NCBI GenBank assembly: GCA_002633005.1
Contig: NMRA01000109.1
Location: 842,624-906,623, forward strand
DNA from: Phoronis australis
Lineage: Eukaryota; Animalia; Phoronida
Reading direction: 5' to 3'
DNA: 64,000 nucleotides
Part shown: piece by piece, positions 53,780-64,000 of the stretch
How positions within the stretch are numbered: the first letter of the stretch is position 1
How the letters are laid out: the number at the start of each line of letters is the position of its first letter
Made by a program: the position numbers and the translations under genes
Notes under the pieces: model-generated
Told to the model about the DNA's origin: nothing
The model's database searches: none
Seen by the model: only the letters and a program-made list of their open reading frames with translations

Positions 53780-54311
53780 CTGAAATTAGAAACATGGAAA
53801 TGAAGGCGAGTTAACACAGCTGCTCAACAAGTCACCCTCAGCCATACCTTGATGAGCCTTGATCACGCTTTGCACCATAAAATGCTCTCTCCTGGTATTA
53901 GCCTTCAATGCATCTTTCAAATGAAACAAAGGTAATAAAATTCAAAAAATATTTGTTTTGAGATTAATTTAAGAAATTTCTTATAAAATTGCATATTACA
54001 CATTATGTTGACGAACACCTTTTGTATTCAGGATAAACAAATTGCTTGGTAACAGTCCTTCAATCAAACACACTTTGATAAAAACATGACAAGAGTTGTC
54101 ACATACAATGTTTTATTTGTATTCGCCCCAGTTTTGTAGTGAAGTCTTGTCGGTTAAACCCAGGGCCCAAGGCTATACTCTAGCACCCACAGCTTGATGG
54201 ACTAAGGATCCTACAACACACAACTTCCCAGATTTTAAACATTTACTCTTTTTCTTTTAAACTCACCAATTTAGAACACAGCAGGAGTTTCATCAAAATA
54301 AAAATGTCACT

Positions 54312-56758
54312 ACAAGAGCAACACAGATCGTTGAAATGTGCCCACGACTGNCACCACAAACGGTGTGCTTCTAGGGGGGTTTAATTGTCTCATAAAAATG
54401 GCCACTCGATTGCTCAGAATAGATTGAACATATTTAAAAATGGGAAGGTGTCGTTGTCTCTCAAAGTTATTTGCCAAATTTTATGGAAATCTGTCAAAAA
54501 ACATAGGAAAAACGTAAAAAAAAATCTGTCATTTAGAACCACAGCAGTAGTCAAATCCATCCATCTGCTGTCAAGTTGATAGGAATACAATAAAAATTGC
54601 AAAATTTCAAAAACATCTTGCAAGGAGTTTAGGAGATACAGTTGTAGGTGCGAAAAATGTCACTAGGGGGCACCACCATGGTTGGACCCATTTGAAAATC
54701 CATGACAACCATGCTCTTGTCAGTAAGAACACATCTGCTAATTTTCATAAAAGATCCTCTATGCAGTTTGGCTGATACAGAAACAACAATAAAAACAGAC
54801 TATAAAATAATTAAAATGGCCACTAGTTGGGGCAGAATACGTCGAATCCATCACAAAAAGGAAAGATGTTGTCGTTTTCATAAATACCCCATTTCATGAA
54901 AAAGCAATAAGGAACATAAAAATAAAAATGCCATTAGGGAGTACAGCTGTAGTTGGATTGGTCTGAAACTCACCGTCATCTGTATGGGTAAAGGAGATAC
55001 AGCCGTGGATGTAAGAAAATAAAATTGCAACAAGGGGGGCCAGAGTAGTTGAACAAACTCGAAAATCGGTTTTCTCATCAGGAACACATCTCCTAATTCT
55101 AATGATGATCCTTCAAGTGGATTGGTAAAAAAGAGGGTGATGTCAAAAATGCACTCAAAACTTTTTAAAATGACCACTGAATGACACAGAATACGTCAAA
55201 ACCGCACGAAAATGAGAAGACGTCATCGTCTCCTTAATAGAAACCAATTTTCAAAACTTCATGATAATAAAAACAGCCATTACATGTTAAATCTATCTGA
55301 AAACTATTTATTTCATAAAAATTTGTCATGGAGATTCAAAGATACAGAGGACAACGAAAAAAACATTGTCACTACGGGGGGCACAGCGGTAGTCGAATCC
55401 ATCCAAAAAAACTACCACTATGCGACACCACAGTACTCTGAGTCGTTCAAAAATCCCCGTCAGCAGTCCTCTTCATAGTAGAAGCATAAATGCCAATTTT
55501 AAAAATCATTCTCTGAGTGGTTTGGTTGAAAGAAGGGACCAGAAAGACTAGTGAAACAGTAAAAATGGCCACTAGATAGGGCAAAATACGTCGAGTCTAT
55601 CCGAAAACGAGAACATGTCATTGTTTCTCTAATAGAAAGCTATTTGCCAAATTCATAAAAATCTGTCAAAGAAATCAAATTGCCACTAGGGGGCATAACG
55701 TTCGTCGGATCCGTTGGAAAGTTGTCATAGTGAAATTCATATGAATACACTTGTTAAATTTAATGAAGATCTTGCAGAGAGTTTAGGAGAAATTGCCATG
55801 CAGGCAAAAAAAAACATAACTGCCACTAGCAAGCACCACAATAGGCGAAGTCGTCGGAAAATCATCGTCAGTCATCCTCTTCATAGTAGGAATTTACATA
55901 TGCCAATTTAGAGTGGTGACAGAGGGCAAAGGCCAAAAAACATACTAAAAACTGTAAAAATGGCCACCAGGTGGTGCAAAATACCTCATATCATTCTGAA
56001 AACAGTATAGCGTCACCTCCCTAATAGGGAGAACCTGTGAAAATAGAGGTAAACATAAAAAACTAAAATTGCCACTAGGGGGAGGGGGGGGGGGCACACC
56101 AGTAGTCGGATCCGTACGAAAGTCGTCAAAGTTCGCCACTAGGGGGCCAAATCAGTGAGTAGTCAGATTTGTTCGAAGGTCGTCATCATTCATTCCCAAC
56201 TTCATATAAATACACTTGCTAAATTTAATAACGATCCTGCAGAGGGTTTAGAGACAGCCATGGGCGCAAAAAAACTGCCACAAGGAGGCACCACAGTAGT
56301 CGAGGTCGTCAGAAAATCGTCAGCCATCTTCTTCACAGTAAGAACATATCTGCCTATTTTCACAATCATCCTTGGAGTGGTTTGGTTGGTACAAGGGTGG
56401 ACACCAAAAACAGACTTCGAAACAGTAAAAATAGCCACTATGTGGCTCAAAATACCTTGAATCCATCTAAAAGTAGGAGGAAAGGGTCATCTTACTTAGA
56501 GATGCCTATTTGACAAATTTTATGAAAATCCACTGAGGACCTTTGGAGATACAGAAGTAAACGTAAAAACTAAAATTGCCACTAGAGGCACACCAGTAAT
56601 CGGATCCGTCCAAAAGTTCGCTCATGTCTTCCCATCCGTTAAAGGAACACATGTGCCAAATTTTATGAACATACATCAAAGGGTTTTGGAGATAGAGCAG
56701 CGAATGGGACAGGAATGACGGCATAATGCACCCACTTACAATCTGTGGGCACATAAAA
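54312..56758 (-). mobile_element. Older HINE copy of the same family with degenerate tandem cores
   Basis: acaagagcaacacagatcgttgaaatgtgcccac start and tgtgggcacataaaa end; repeated gccactag cores. Confidence 0.8.
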
Positions 56759-56909
56759 CTACCAACATTTCGTAACTTTCAGCTCTATCAGTGTTTGCCT
56801 TATTTTACTATTATTTAATAAGCCAATTTTGGACATTCTCCTGAAGCCCTACATAAATTTAAGTTTAACTATTGCCATCAGGAGATAATCGTTAACATCT
56901 AACACTTAC

Positions 56910-57042
56910 TATCGACCACGGCCACCTCAGGCTTGATAGAGGCTGCTTTCAACACAGGACCCATCACCAGGGGAAGGTACTGCATGAAGCCCTTGCCCAT
57001 AATCTTGCACATTCGCGCCCAAGCTGAGATCATGTATGACAT
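56910..57042 (-). CDS. IPO5: Importin-5 exon ([44 protein letters not shown])
   Basis: Manual translation; [20 protein letters not shown] motif; CAG/GTAAGT; 133 nt. Confidence 0.95.
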
Positions 57043-57204
57043 CTGGAGAGATTAAGAGGAGACAACTAATAACACCAAATGAAATAAAAAAGAAAAATGG
57101 CTGCCACAGCGCCATCTTGCATCAGGCATTTTTTTGTGTGAATGTGGTGTCAACTTGATGAGAGTCCTCAAAGAAATTATTATTTTGACTGGTTTTGAAT
57201 AGTT

Positions 57205-57713
57205 CAGGGCTTGGAATGACCAATGACAAAAAACGCGGAAACTTTTACGGCCCAAAACGCGCTACCCAGCCTTGAAATAGTCGATGTGAACCTTTCGCCA
57301 ACAAAAATTGGGAGGACTTAGAAAAAAAAAGAAAGAAAAACGTTACCACCATCAGTAGCATGCGCCTGCGTCTTTTTAGACCGTCCTCTCCCACCCCCCC
57401 ACACACATTTTTGGCTGCAGAGCCGTAGTATTTGTCACAGCGGTTTACAATCACACGAGACGCCATTGAAAATCCAACCACGCTATCCCAGATGTCCCGG
57501 CAATGTTGACAATTTACGTTCCTCCGAAACATAAAGAGCAACTTCCGCTTTTCGAGGTGAACGTCGTCGGCAACGCCGCGGTAAGAAAGGAATTTGCCGC
57601 GGAAATTTTATATCAAATCCAATTTTTTTTTACCCGGAAATATAATAAAATGCGCGGACAGAACATTTGAAAAAAGCGGAAATCCGCGTTTCCGCGGAAA
57701 ATTCCAAGCCTTG
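57205..57713. mobile_element. hAT-like MITE
   Basis: TIR CAGGGCTTGGAAT / ATTCCAAGCCTTG; partial TSD atagtt; subterminal cgcggaa motifs. Confidence 0.65.
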
Positions 57714-57990
57714 ATAGTTTGTAATTGAGACAAGACAAGTTTTCACTACTTTTTACAAAGGTTTAAACTTTTCCGCGGTCACTGGCATTTCATACGTTTA
57801 TGGAGACACTGATTAAATTTTGTCCACAGGACTATGGGAATTTTTGTACCCGAATCAAATACATTGATTTGTTTCGATATATAACATACAGTAAATTCGG
57901 CATACTATCAATTTCAACTATCTTATTTGGCAAACCCATGTCCGGAAATTTTGAAATCAATGTCCATGTATTTGACCTGTGGTCACTCAC

Positions 57991-58192
57991 CTGGGGATCA
58001 TCTTCAGCCATGTCCCCCTCCTCCACCTGTGTCTTGAGCAGTAGCTGCATTACATCACTACAGTCAGCCATGAACTTCTCCTGCCCCACAGCCAGCCCAA
58101 TCAGACTGATGCACTCGATCGTCTTGCCACGCAGCAGCTTCAGTTCTGGGCTGGTGGCATTTGCCATAATAAGCTTAAGGTTGGGCATGAAC
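57991..58192 (-). CDS. IPO5: Importin-5 exon ([40 protein letters not shown]...DDPQ)
   Basis: [17 protein letters not shown] motif; AG/GTGAGT boundaries; 202 nt. Confidence 0.96.
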
Positions 58193-58233
58193 CTGAAGGG
58201 AGTGAAAAAGATATGACGACACAAACCATATAA

Positions 58234-58514
58234 TACAGGGCCCTGGTTCACCTGAGGGCAAAGGCAGCTGTACCTTATGAAGGGTGAATTTTTGGTGAGG
58301 GGAAAATTTCCTCTTCCCAAATCATCACCAATTCCAACCCCCAGGATTCCCTCATGAACTTATTTTTGCAGAAGTGATTCCAACTTAGAATGAATTTTTT
58401 AATCATTGGAGGGGAATTTTTGGGTCTGATGAGGGGAATTTCGCGTGATCTTCTAATACTTTTCACGGGGAACGAGGCTTTCAGCCCAAAAATCGCGTGA
58501 TTGAGGGGCCAGTA
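58234..58514. mobile_element. Small MITE-like element
   Basis: Imperfect TIR tacagggccct / aggggccagta; related sequence at the window start. Confidence 0.4.
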
Positions 58515-59960
58515 ATATCAAACCAGCTTTAGAAGATTTGTTCCCTCACTCGTCTGAAATGGATGGGTACAATTAAGTCACAAGTATTAAGACAAAATGA
58601 CCAGGAATTACACGACTGAGAATGAAGGGGAATCAACAGTAAGGTGGCTAATCCATTCTAAAATTACAATTTTGCTGCCCTAATAGATATTAACAGTACT
58701 TTTACTTACATGTATTACAATGCAATGTTAATACCAATTTCGTTTTCAACAATGTTAATTCGAATGACCTGGACACATGGAGGAGGATACCTTTTAACTG
58801 CACAAGACACGAAGTTGCATCGGTTTTAGTACCGCCTAATTCACAGGATATTGCCAACCAATAACTTTTTGCATAAAATTAAAGTAAAAACAGACAACCT
58901 ATGTTTTTTTTTGTGGAGAGCACAGTGAAACTTTTCTTCATTTGTTTTGGGAATGTCATCTTGCATCTCGTTTTTGGCTCCTGTTCACTTTTGTTAACCT
59001 CGTTAAATTACATCCTGAAGTGTTATCTCTTAATTAGTCATGATGATCCATGCTGTTTTGCTATATTTTTTCATCTCCTCGTTTTTGTAATTTTGTTTGC
59101 TAGAGAAGAATAAACATTTGAAACCTGAAACAAACCTGTAAGTTTACTGTTAACAGAATTAGACATAATGACGGGAAAACAGTATTTTGTCCGACTGCTT
59201 TTGTTTTCTACTCTGAGACAGGAAAACTTACTGGGCGACACACACAATCTGTTCTAATAATACAAATAGCAATACCACTGAATTATTTTTGATAAAAATA
59301 TCTGTTTTGCAAAATAAAATGGATGTTCCTAGATGCAAACATAATATGTCATAGGTTGTGGTAAGGGAAACGAATTTAAATTTTAATTTAGACCTTGGCA
59401 ATAGCAGGCAGTTCAAAATAAAATCTTAAGTGCACTGAGACATTTTATAATAATATTATTGACAAATATTTTATGATGTTGCCTGTATTGTAACAAAATA
59501 TATTTTCTACAGAATTCTACACTAACTATTTGCTTTTTCAAGAACATATTTTTTTGGCTTCAAAGGTCATAGGTCACACTTCAGAGAGCAACGAGAGACT
59601 TGACTCATACACAGGAAATCAATTGAAATGAATGGTATAGCAAGAGTTCACATTAACCATTGATATAAACTTGCATGCATGATTGATGATCAATCATCAT
59701 AATTTATAAGACACATTATCACTGAGCAATGATATATCACTTCATGAATAATAATCAACCAAAGTGAGGGTGTACTGGCAGAAAAAGAGTTTGCTACTAC
59801 AGGAGGCAACCATACTTTAGTGGAAATCTTTGATTAATTCATAACTTCAGAGAAAAAGTTTGCCACTGCAGGGGGCAGACACGTTGTGACAACCATTTCA
59901 AATTACAAAACAACATCAAGCATAAAGTTAGCTACAGCTTAACACAGGCAGGTATATTAC

Positions 59961-60061
59961 TTGTCATAGTACTGTATGAACTTCTCCTCTGCAGTATCGG
60001 CCACACTGGCTAAAGTTGTCACCGCCTGCTCAAGGACTAATTTTTTCCCTTTCTGCTGCAG
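59961..60061 (-). CDS. IPO5: Importin-5 exon ([33 protein letters not shown])
   Basis: Manual translation, not in ORF track; ttcag acceptor, GTAATA donor; 101 nt. Confidence 0.93.
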
Positions 60062-60135
60062 CTGAAACGACAGGATAAGCGTCCAGTGAAATTAAGAGTT
60101 GGCACTGCATACATTTATAAACAAACAGTTCTTCT

Positions 60136-60572
60136 TATAGTGTAATTAAGCGAGAGTTGGTGTCTGAAGAATATTTGTCCTATTTGAGTTTACATCTGCA
60201 AAGTTGTCTCGCTCAGTTCAGATGTTCAGTTCATAAACTAAACATAGAAGTGGGTAGACATCGAGGGTGTTGCCAGGAACGGCAGAATTTGCGATGTATG
60301 CAACCTAGGCAATGTTGAAAATGAGATACACTTTATTTGTCGTTGTCATGCATTAAAGATTTAAGGAAAAAATGCAAACCGGAGGGCAGCTAAAGAAAAA
60401 TGTTAGGTATATTTTTCAATCGAAAAGTCCAGAAGTTATAAAACACCTGTCTTTGTATCTTTATAAAGCAACGATATTGAGAACAGAAAGGCTAACCCTT
60501 TAATATGTTATATAATAACCGTATGCCTGTACATGTAAGTAATGCTTAATGTGTACAATAAATGATTGAATG
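60136..60572 (+). mobile_element. 3' end of a LINE (C-terminal CCHC domain, RTE-X-like)
   Basis: LAQFRCSVHKLNIEVGRH / RICDVCNLGNVENEIHFICRC with one frameshift; AATAAA plus short tail; TSD AGTTCTTCT at 60127-60135 and 60573-60581. Confidence 0.8.
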
Positions 60573-60834
60573 AGTTCTTCTCCAGCGGGTAGCTATTTTA
60601 GCAGTGAAGTCAGACAAGTTCTTTTTCAACATGAATGCACAGACTTATAGATAGGAGATAAAGAGGGAGAAATAGAGTGGATCATTTTTTCCAAAAAACT
60701 CGTTCTTAGAACATTTAGCAACTTACATGCCACTTTATACTCACGCAGAGCCTATATGTTGTAATTCTAACTAATTTGGCGAAATAATCATCGATAGAAG
60801 TGGTTGGCGTAGAAATTAAACTTTAGGTAATTAC

Positions 60835-61008
60835 CTCATCTAATTTATTTGTGAGCATTTTCTCCAGACTAATTATGATTTGGTCAAGGTAGGGTGCCAG
60901 TATGTTCTTGGGACAGTCTTCACTGAAGTTAATGAGTGCTGCGCCGGCGTGCACCTGTACACGTGGGTGGTTGTAGTCCTCCATGACCTGCAGCAGAGCT
61001 GGAACCAC
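60835..61008 (-). CDS. IPO5: Importin-5 exon (VVPALLQVMEDYNHPRVQVHAGAALINFSEDCPKNILAPYLD...)
   Basis: AG/GT boundaries, 174 nt, phase 0/0; RVQ.HA.AALINF.EDCPK motif. Confidence 0.95.
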
Positions 61009-61312
61009 CTGAAACACATGGGAGTCAGAGGTGAAAGGTGAAAGGAAGCACTGAACAAAGTGAGAGTTGAAACGTTAAGGTCACACTATAAACGTGGAAT
61101 AGACATGTTGTCTTTAAATTAAACTAAGAAGGAATTTTGGAACATGCGAGTTTCAACAACTCTTACAGATATTCATAATGTAATATGACTTTTGTTTCCT
61201 CACCACTCAACAAAAATTTCAGAAGTCATATTAGCAATATCACATGAACGATGGGTTACTTATACATTTTGTAATTCAACTGTGATGGAGATCGAAAAAG
61301 CGGAGGTGTTAC

Positions 61313-61402
61313 CTTTTCATGAAACTTTTTCTGTAGCGTGGGTCCAAAATCCGTAGACATCTGACCAATAGCGTTGCACGCAGCATACCTGACGCGAGGA
61401 TG
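61313..61402 (-). CDS. IPO5: Importin-5 exon ([30 protein letters not shown])
   Basis: HEAT motif [17 protein letters not shown]; tttcag acceptor, GTAACA donor; 90 nt. Confidence 0.95.
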
Positions 61403-61470
61403 CTGAAATAGGTATAAACTACTGCACCCTCTGTCACACAATTTAAACTTTTCAAGTATCACCCATAATT

Positions 61471-62860
61471 AAACAAGAGCTACACGGAGCGTTGAAATGC
61501 ACCCACGAATGCATTGCAAATGGTGTGCTTTTAGGGTTGTGTCATAAAAATGGTCACTAGATGGCGCAAAAACGTACAATCCATCCGAAAACAGGAACAT
61601 ATCATTGCTTCTTTAATAGAAAGCTATACACCAAATTTCACAGAAATCCGCAGAAACAAAGGAAAACGAAATAAAATGAAATTGCCACCAGGGGGCACAC
61701 TTTTCATTGGATCCGCCTGAACGTCGTCATTGTATTGTTAGCTTCATATAAATACACTTACTAATTAAATTTAATAAAGATCCTGCAGTGGGTTTAGGAG
61801 ATACAGCTATGGGTGCAAAACAAAACAAAACAAAACTACCACTAGGAGGCGCCACAGTAGTCAAAGTTGTCATGGTCAACCGTCCTCTTCACACCGAGAA
61901 CATATAAGCCATATTTTCAAAACCATCCTTAGAATGATTTGGTTGACAGAGGAGTAGAGTCCATTGAGGACCTTAGAAGATACAGAGGTGAACGGAAAGC
62001 TAAAATTGCCACCAGGTGGCACACAAGTAGACAGATCCATCCGAAAATAGTCGTCGTCCGTTGTCAACATCATACAAACACACTTGTCAAATTTAGTAAA
62101 GATCCTGCAAACGGTTTAGGAGATACAGCCATGAGCGCAAAAAACGAAACTGCCACTAGGAGGCGCCACATTAGTTGAAGTCATCGGAAAATCATCGTCA
62201 GCCGTCCACTTCATAGTTAAAACATACATGCCAATTTTCACAATTATCCTGAAAGCGATTTGGTTGATACAGGGGTAGATGCCAAAAAACAGACTCAAAA
62301 ACAGTAAATATGGCCACTAGGTGGTGCAAAAAGATCGAATCCATCTGAAAACGGAAAGATAGTGTTATCTCACTAACAGAAGCCTGTATGCCAAATTTTA
62401 TGAAAATACGTTGAGGACCCTTGAAGATACAGAGGTAAACGCAAAAAAAATAAAATTACCATCAGTTGGCACACCAGCAGTCAGATCTGTTCGAAATTCG
62501 TCGTCGTCCGTTGTTAACATCATATAAATGCACTTACTAAATTTAGTAAAGATCCTGCAAACGGTTTAGGAGATACAGCCATAGGCGCAAAAAAAAACAA
62601 AACTGCCATTAGGCACCACAGTAGTCAAAGTCGTCGGAAAATCATCTTCAACCATCCTCTTCACAGTAAGAACATACATGCCAATTTTCACCATCATCCC
62701 CAGAAGGGATTGAATGGTTGATTGAGGCAGAAGCCAAAAAACTGACTCAAAAACAGTAAAAATGGACACCAGGTGGCGCAAACTACGTCGAATCCATCCA
62801 AAAACGGGATGATACTGTCGACTCACGAATAGATGCTTATATACGAAATTTTGTGAAAAT
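61471..62860 (-). mobile_element. Truncated HINE copy with ~3 core units
   Basis: aaacaagagc...gcgttgaaatgcacccac terminus and ~450-bp cores; other terminus not seen. Confidence 0.8.
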
Positions 62861-62930
62861 GAGAGTCACAAAGCATGGATGAAAACCATCTATGTCTACA
62901 ACCTGGTAGTTCACATGTCACTATACACAC

Positions 62931-63055
62931 CTGATCCAGCAAGAACGGTAGAACGGAATCGACTACGCTGCTCAGCACAGTCTCCATCTGTTTATGACAG
63001 CCCTCGCCGCATGCTGAGATAGCCATCAGACCACCATGTCTGTAGCGCCAGTCAG
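62931..63055 (-). CDS. IPO5: Importin-5 exon ([41 protein letters not shown])
   Basis: TAG acceptor, GT donor, 125 nt, phase matches neighbours; IPO5 WxYRH..LMA.SA.GEGC motif. Confidence 0.93.
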
Positions 63056-63601
63056 CTAGAAGGCAAGAAAAAACACATTAATGTCACTTTCCTATTAAGG
63101 AAACTCCAGCCTATTGAAACTCTGCTTACCTTTCTCACTAATGTTAAAAATATGTAAAACACACTTATCGCTTGTTCTATGTGGTAAACACCAGATGGCA
63201 TAGTTGATTCACAGTCTTGATAGAGCATGTGATTGATACTTCGAGACTGGATTCAACCCTTCCCACTAACTGGGTTTTCGCAGCTCCACAGTTTACTATA
63301 ACTTAGTAATTTGAGGAATTTAACCCAGGGATTTACGCTTTCATACTGACTGAATTCCTTGAAACAAGAGTTGCGATGCAAGTGTGAAAGTGACATACTT
63401 ATGACAGACTGAATCACTTGTGCACTTATGAGGCATGCGTTCTAGCAAGACAGTGAACTCAATAGGTTATCACTAACTTGACAGTGTTGAGGGTGTGTCA
63501 TAGTAAAACAGACAGCTGACACCCAGATGTTGTTCTACATCAAGACTAGAACAGCAGTCCATGGCACGGTGTAGACAGAATACAGCAATAAGAGTACTCA
63601 C

Positions 63602-63708
63602 CATTGTTCAACATCTGTGGCACAGTAGAAATGATGTGAGGAAGCATTGTCTTTCCACCTAAACCACATGCCAGGCGGTCCAGGGCACTCTCACCGGCTA
63701 TTGGGTTA
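63602..63708 (-). CDS. IPO5: Importin-5 internal exon ([36 protein letters not shown]); most 5' exon in the window
   Basis: [14 protein letters not shown] motif of IPO5; CAG acceptor, GTGAGT donor; 107 nt, phase 2 to 1. Confidence 0.93.
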
Positions 63709-63924
63709 CTGGAAATGGAGACAAGCATTGCATGTTCAGTAAACCTACTACGGATTGCACGTAGAATGTGGCGATACTTAAGATAAGATAAAAAGTACAA
63801 TGCAACAGTAACTAGATTTAGCCCCAGCGGATTTCAAACAGGAAAAATGAGTTGAAATGAACATTGCCATTGATTTGAAGCTAGCAAACATCTCTCTTCA
63901 GTTTGCGGTTTTATCACCTGTAAT

Positions 63925-64000
63925 ACAAGAGCAACGCAGAGCGTTGAAATGCGCCCACAATTGCACCGCATACGGTATCCTTCTAGGGTTGTTTATTGGT
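63925..64000 (-). mobile_element. Terminus of a fourth HINE copy, cut by the window edge
   Basis: Near-identical to 40247-40322, including hairpin and subTIR. Confidence 0.85.

Overview
Eukaryotic (invertebrate animal, AT-rich, draft assembly with N gaps) genomic DNA, not prokaryotic. The right part (about 39.6-63.7 kb, minus strand) carries the 3' ~two-thirds of an importin-5 (IPO5/karyopherin beta-3) gene. I reconstructed it by hand as 17 phase-consistent internal exons plus a damaged-looking terminal exon; many of these exons are absent from the ORF track. At about 6.3-6.5 kb on the same strand is the first coding exon of a FERM-domain gene most like FARP1/2, matching the human IPO5->FARP1 gene order. 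Main finding: IPO5 has a minor-spliceosome (U12, AT-AC) intron followed by two paralogous 173-nt exons (50048-50220 and 48464-48636, 50% amino-acid identity). Both have U12-type acceptors and U2-type GT donors, the architecture of mutually exclusive exons enforced by spliceosomal incompatibility. The remainder is intron/intergenic DNA rich in mobile elements: Helentron/HINE-like elements with ~450-bp tandem cores, Kolobok, Harbinger, Tc1/mariner-type and hAT-like MITEs, tRNA-SINEs and truncated LINEs. There are also minisatellites and single-N haplotype-junction artefacts. All coordinates were read by eye; no database searches were run.
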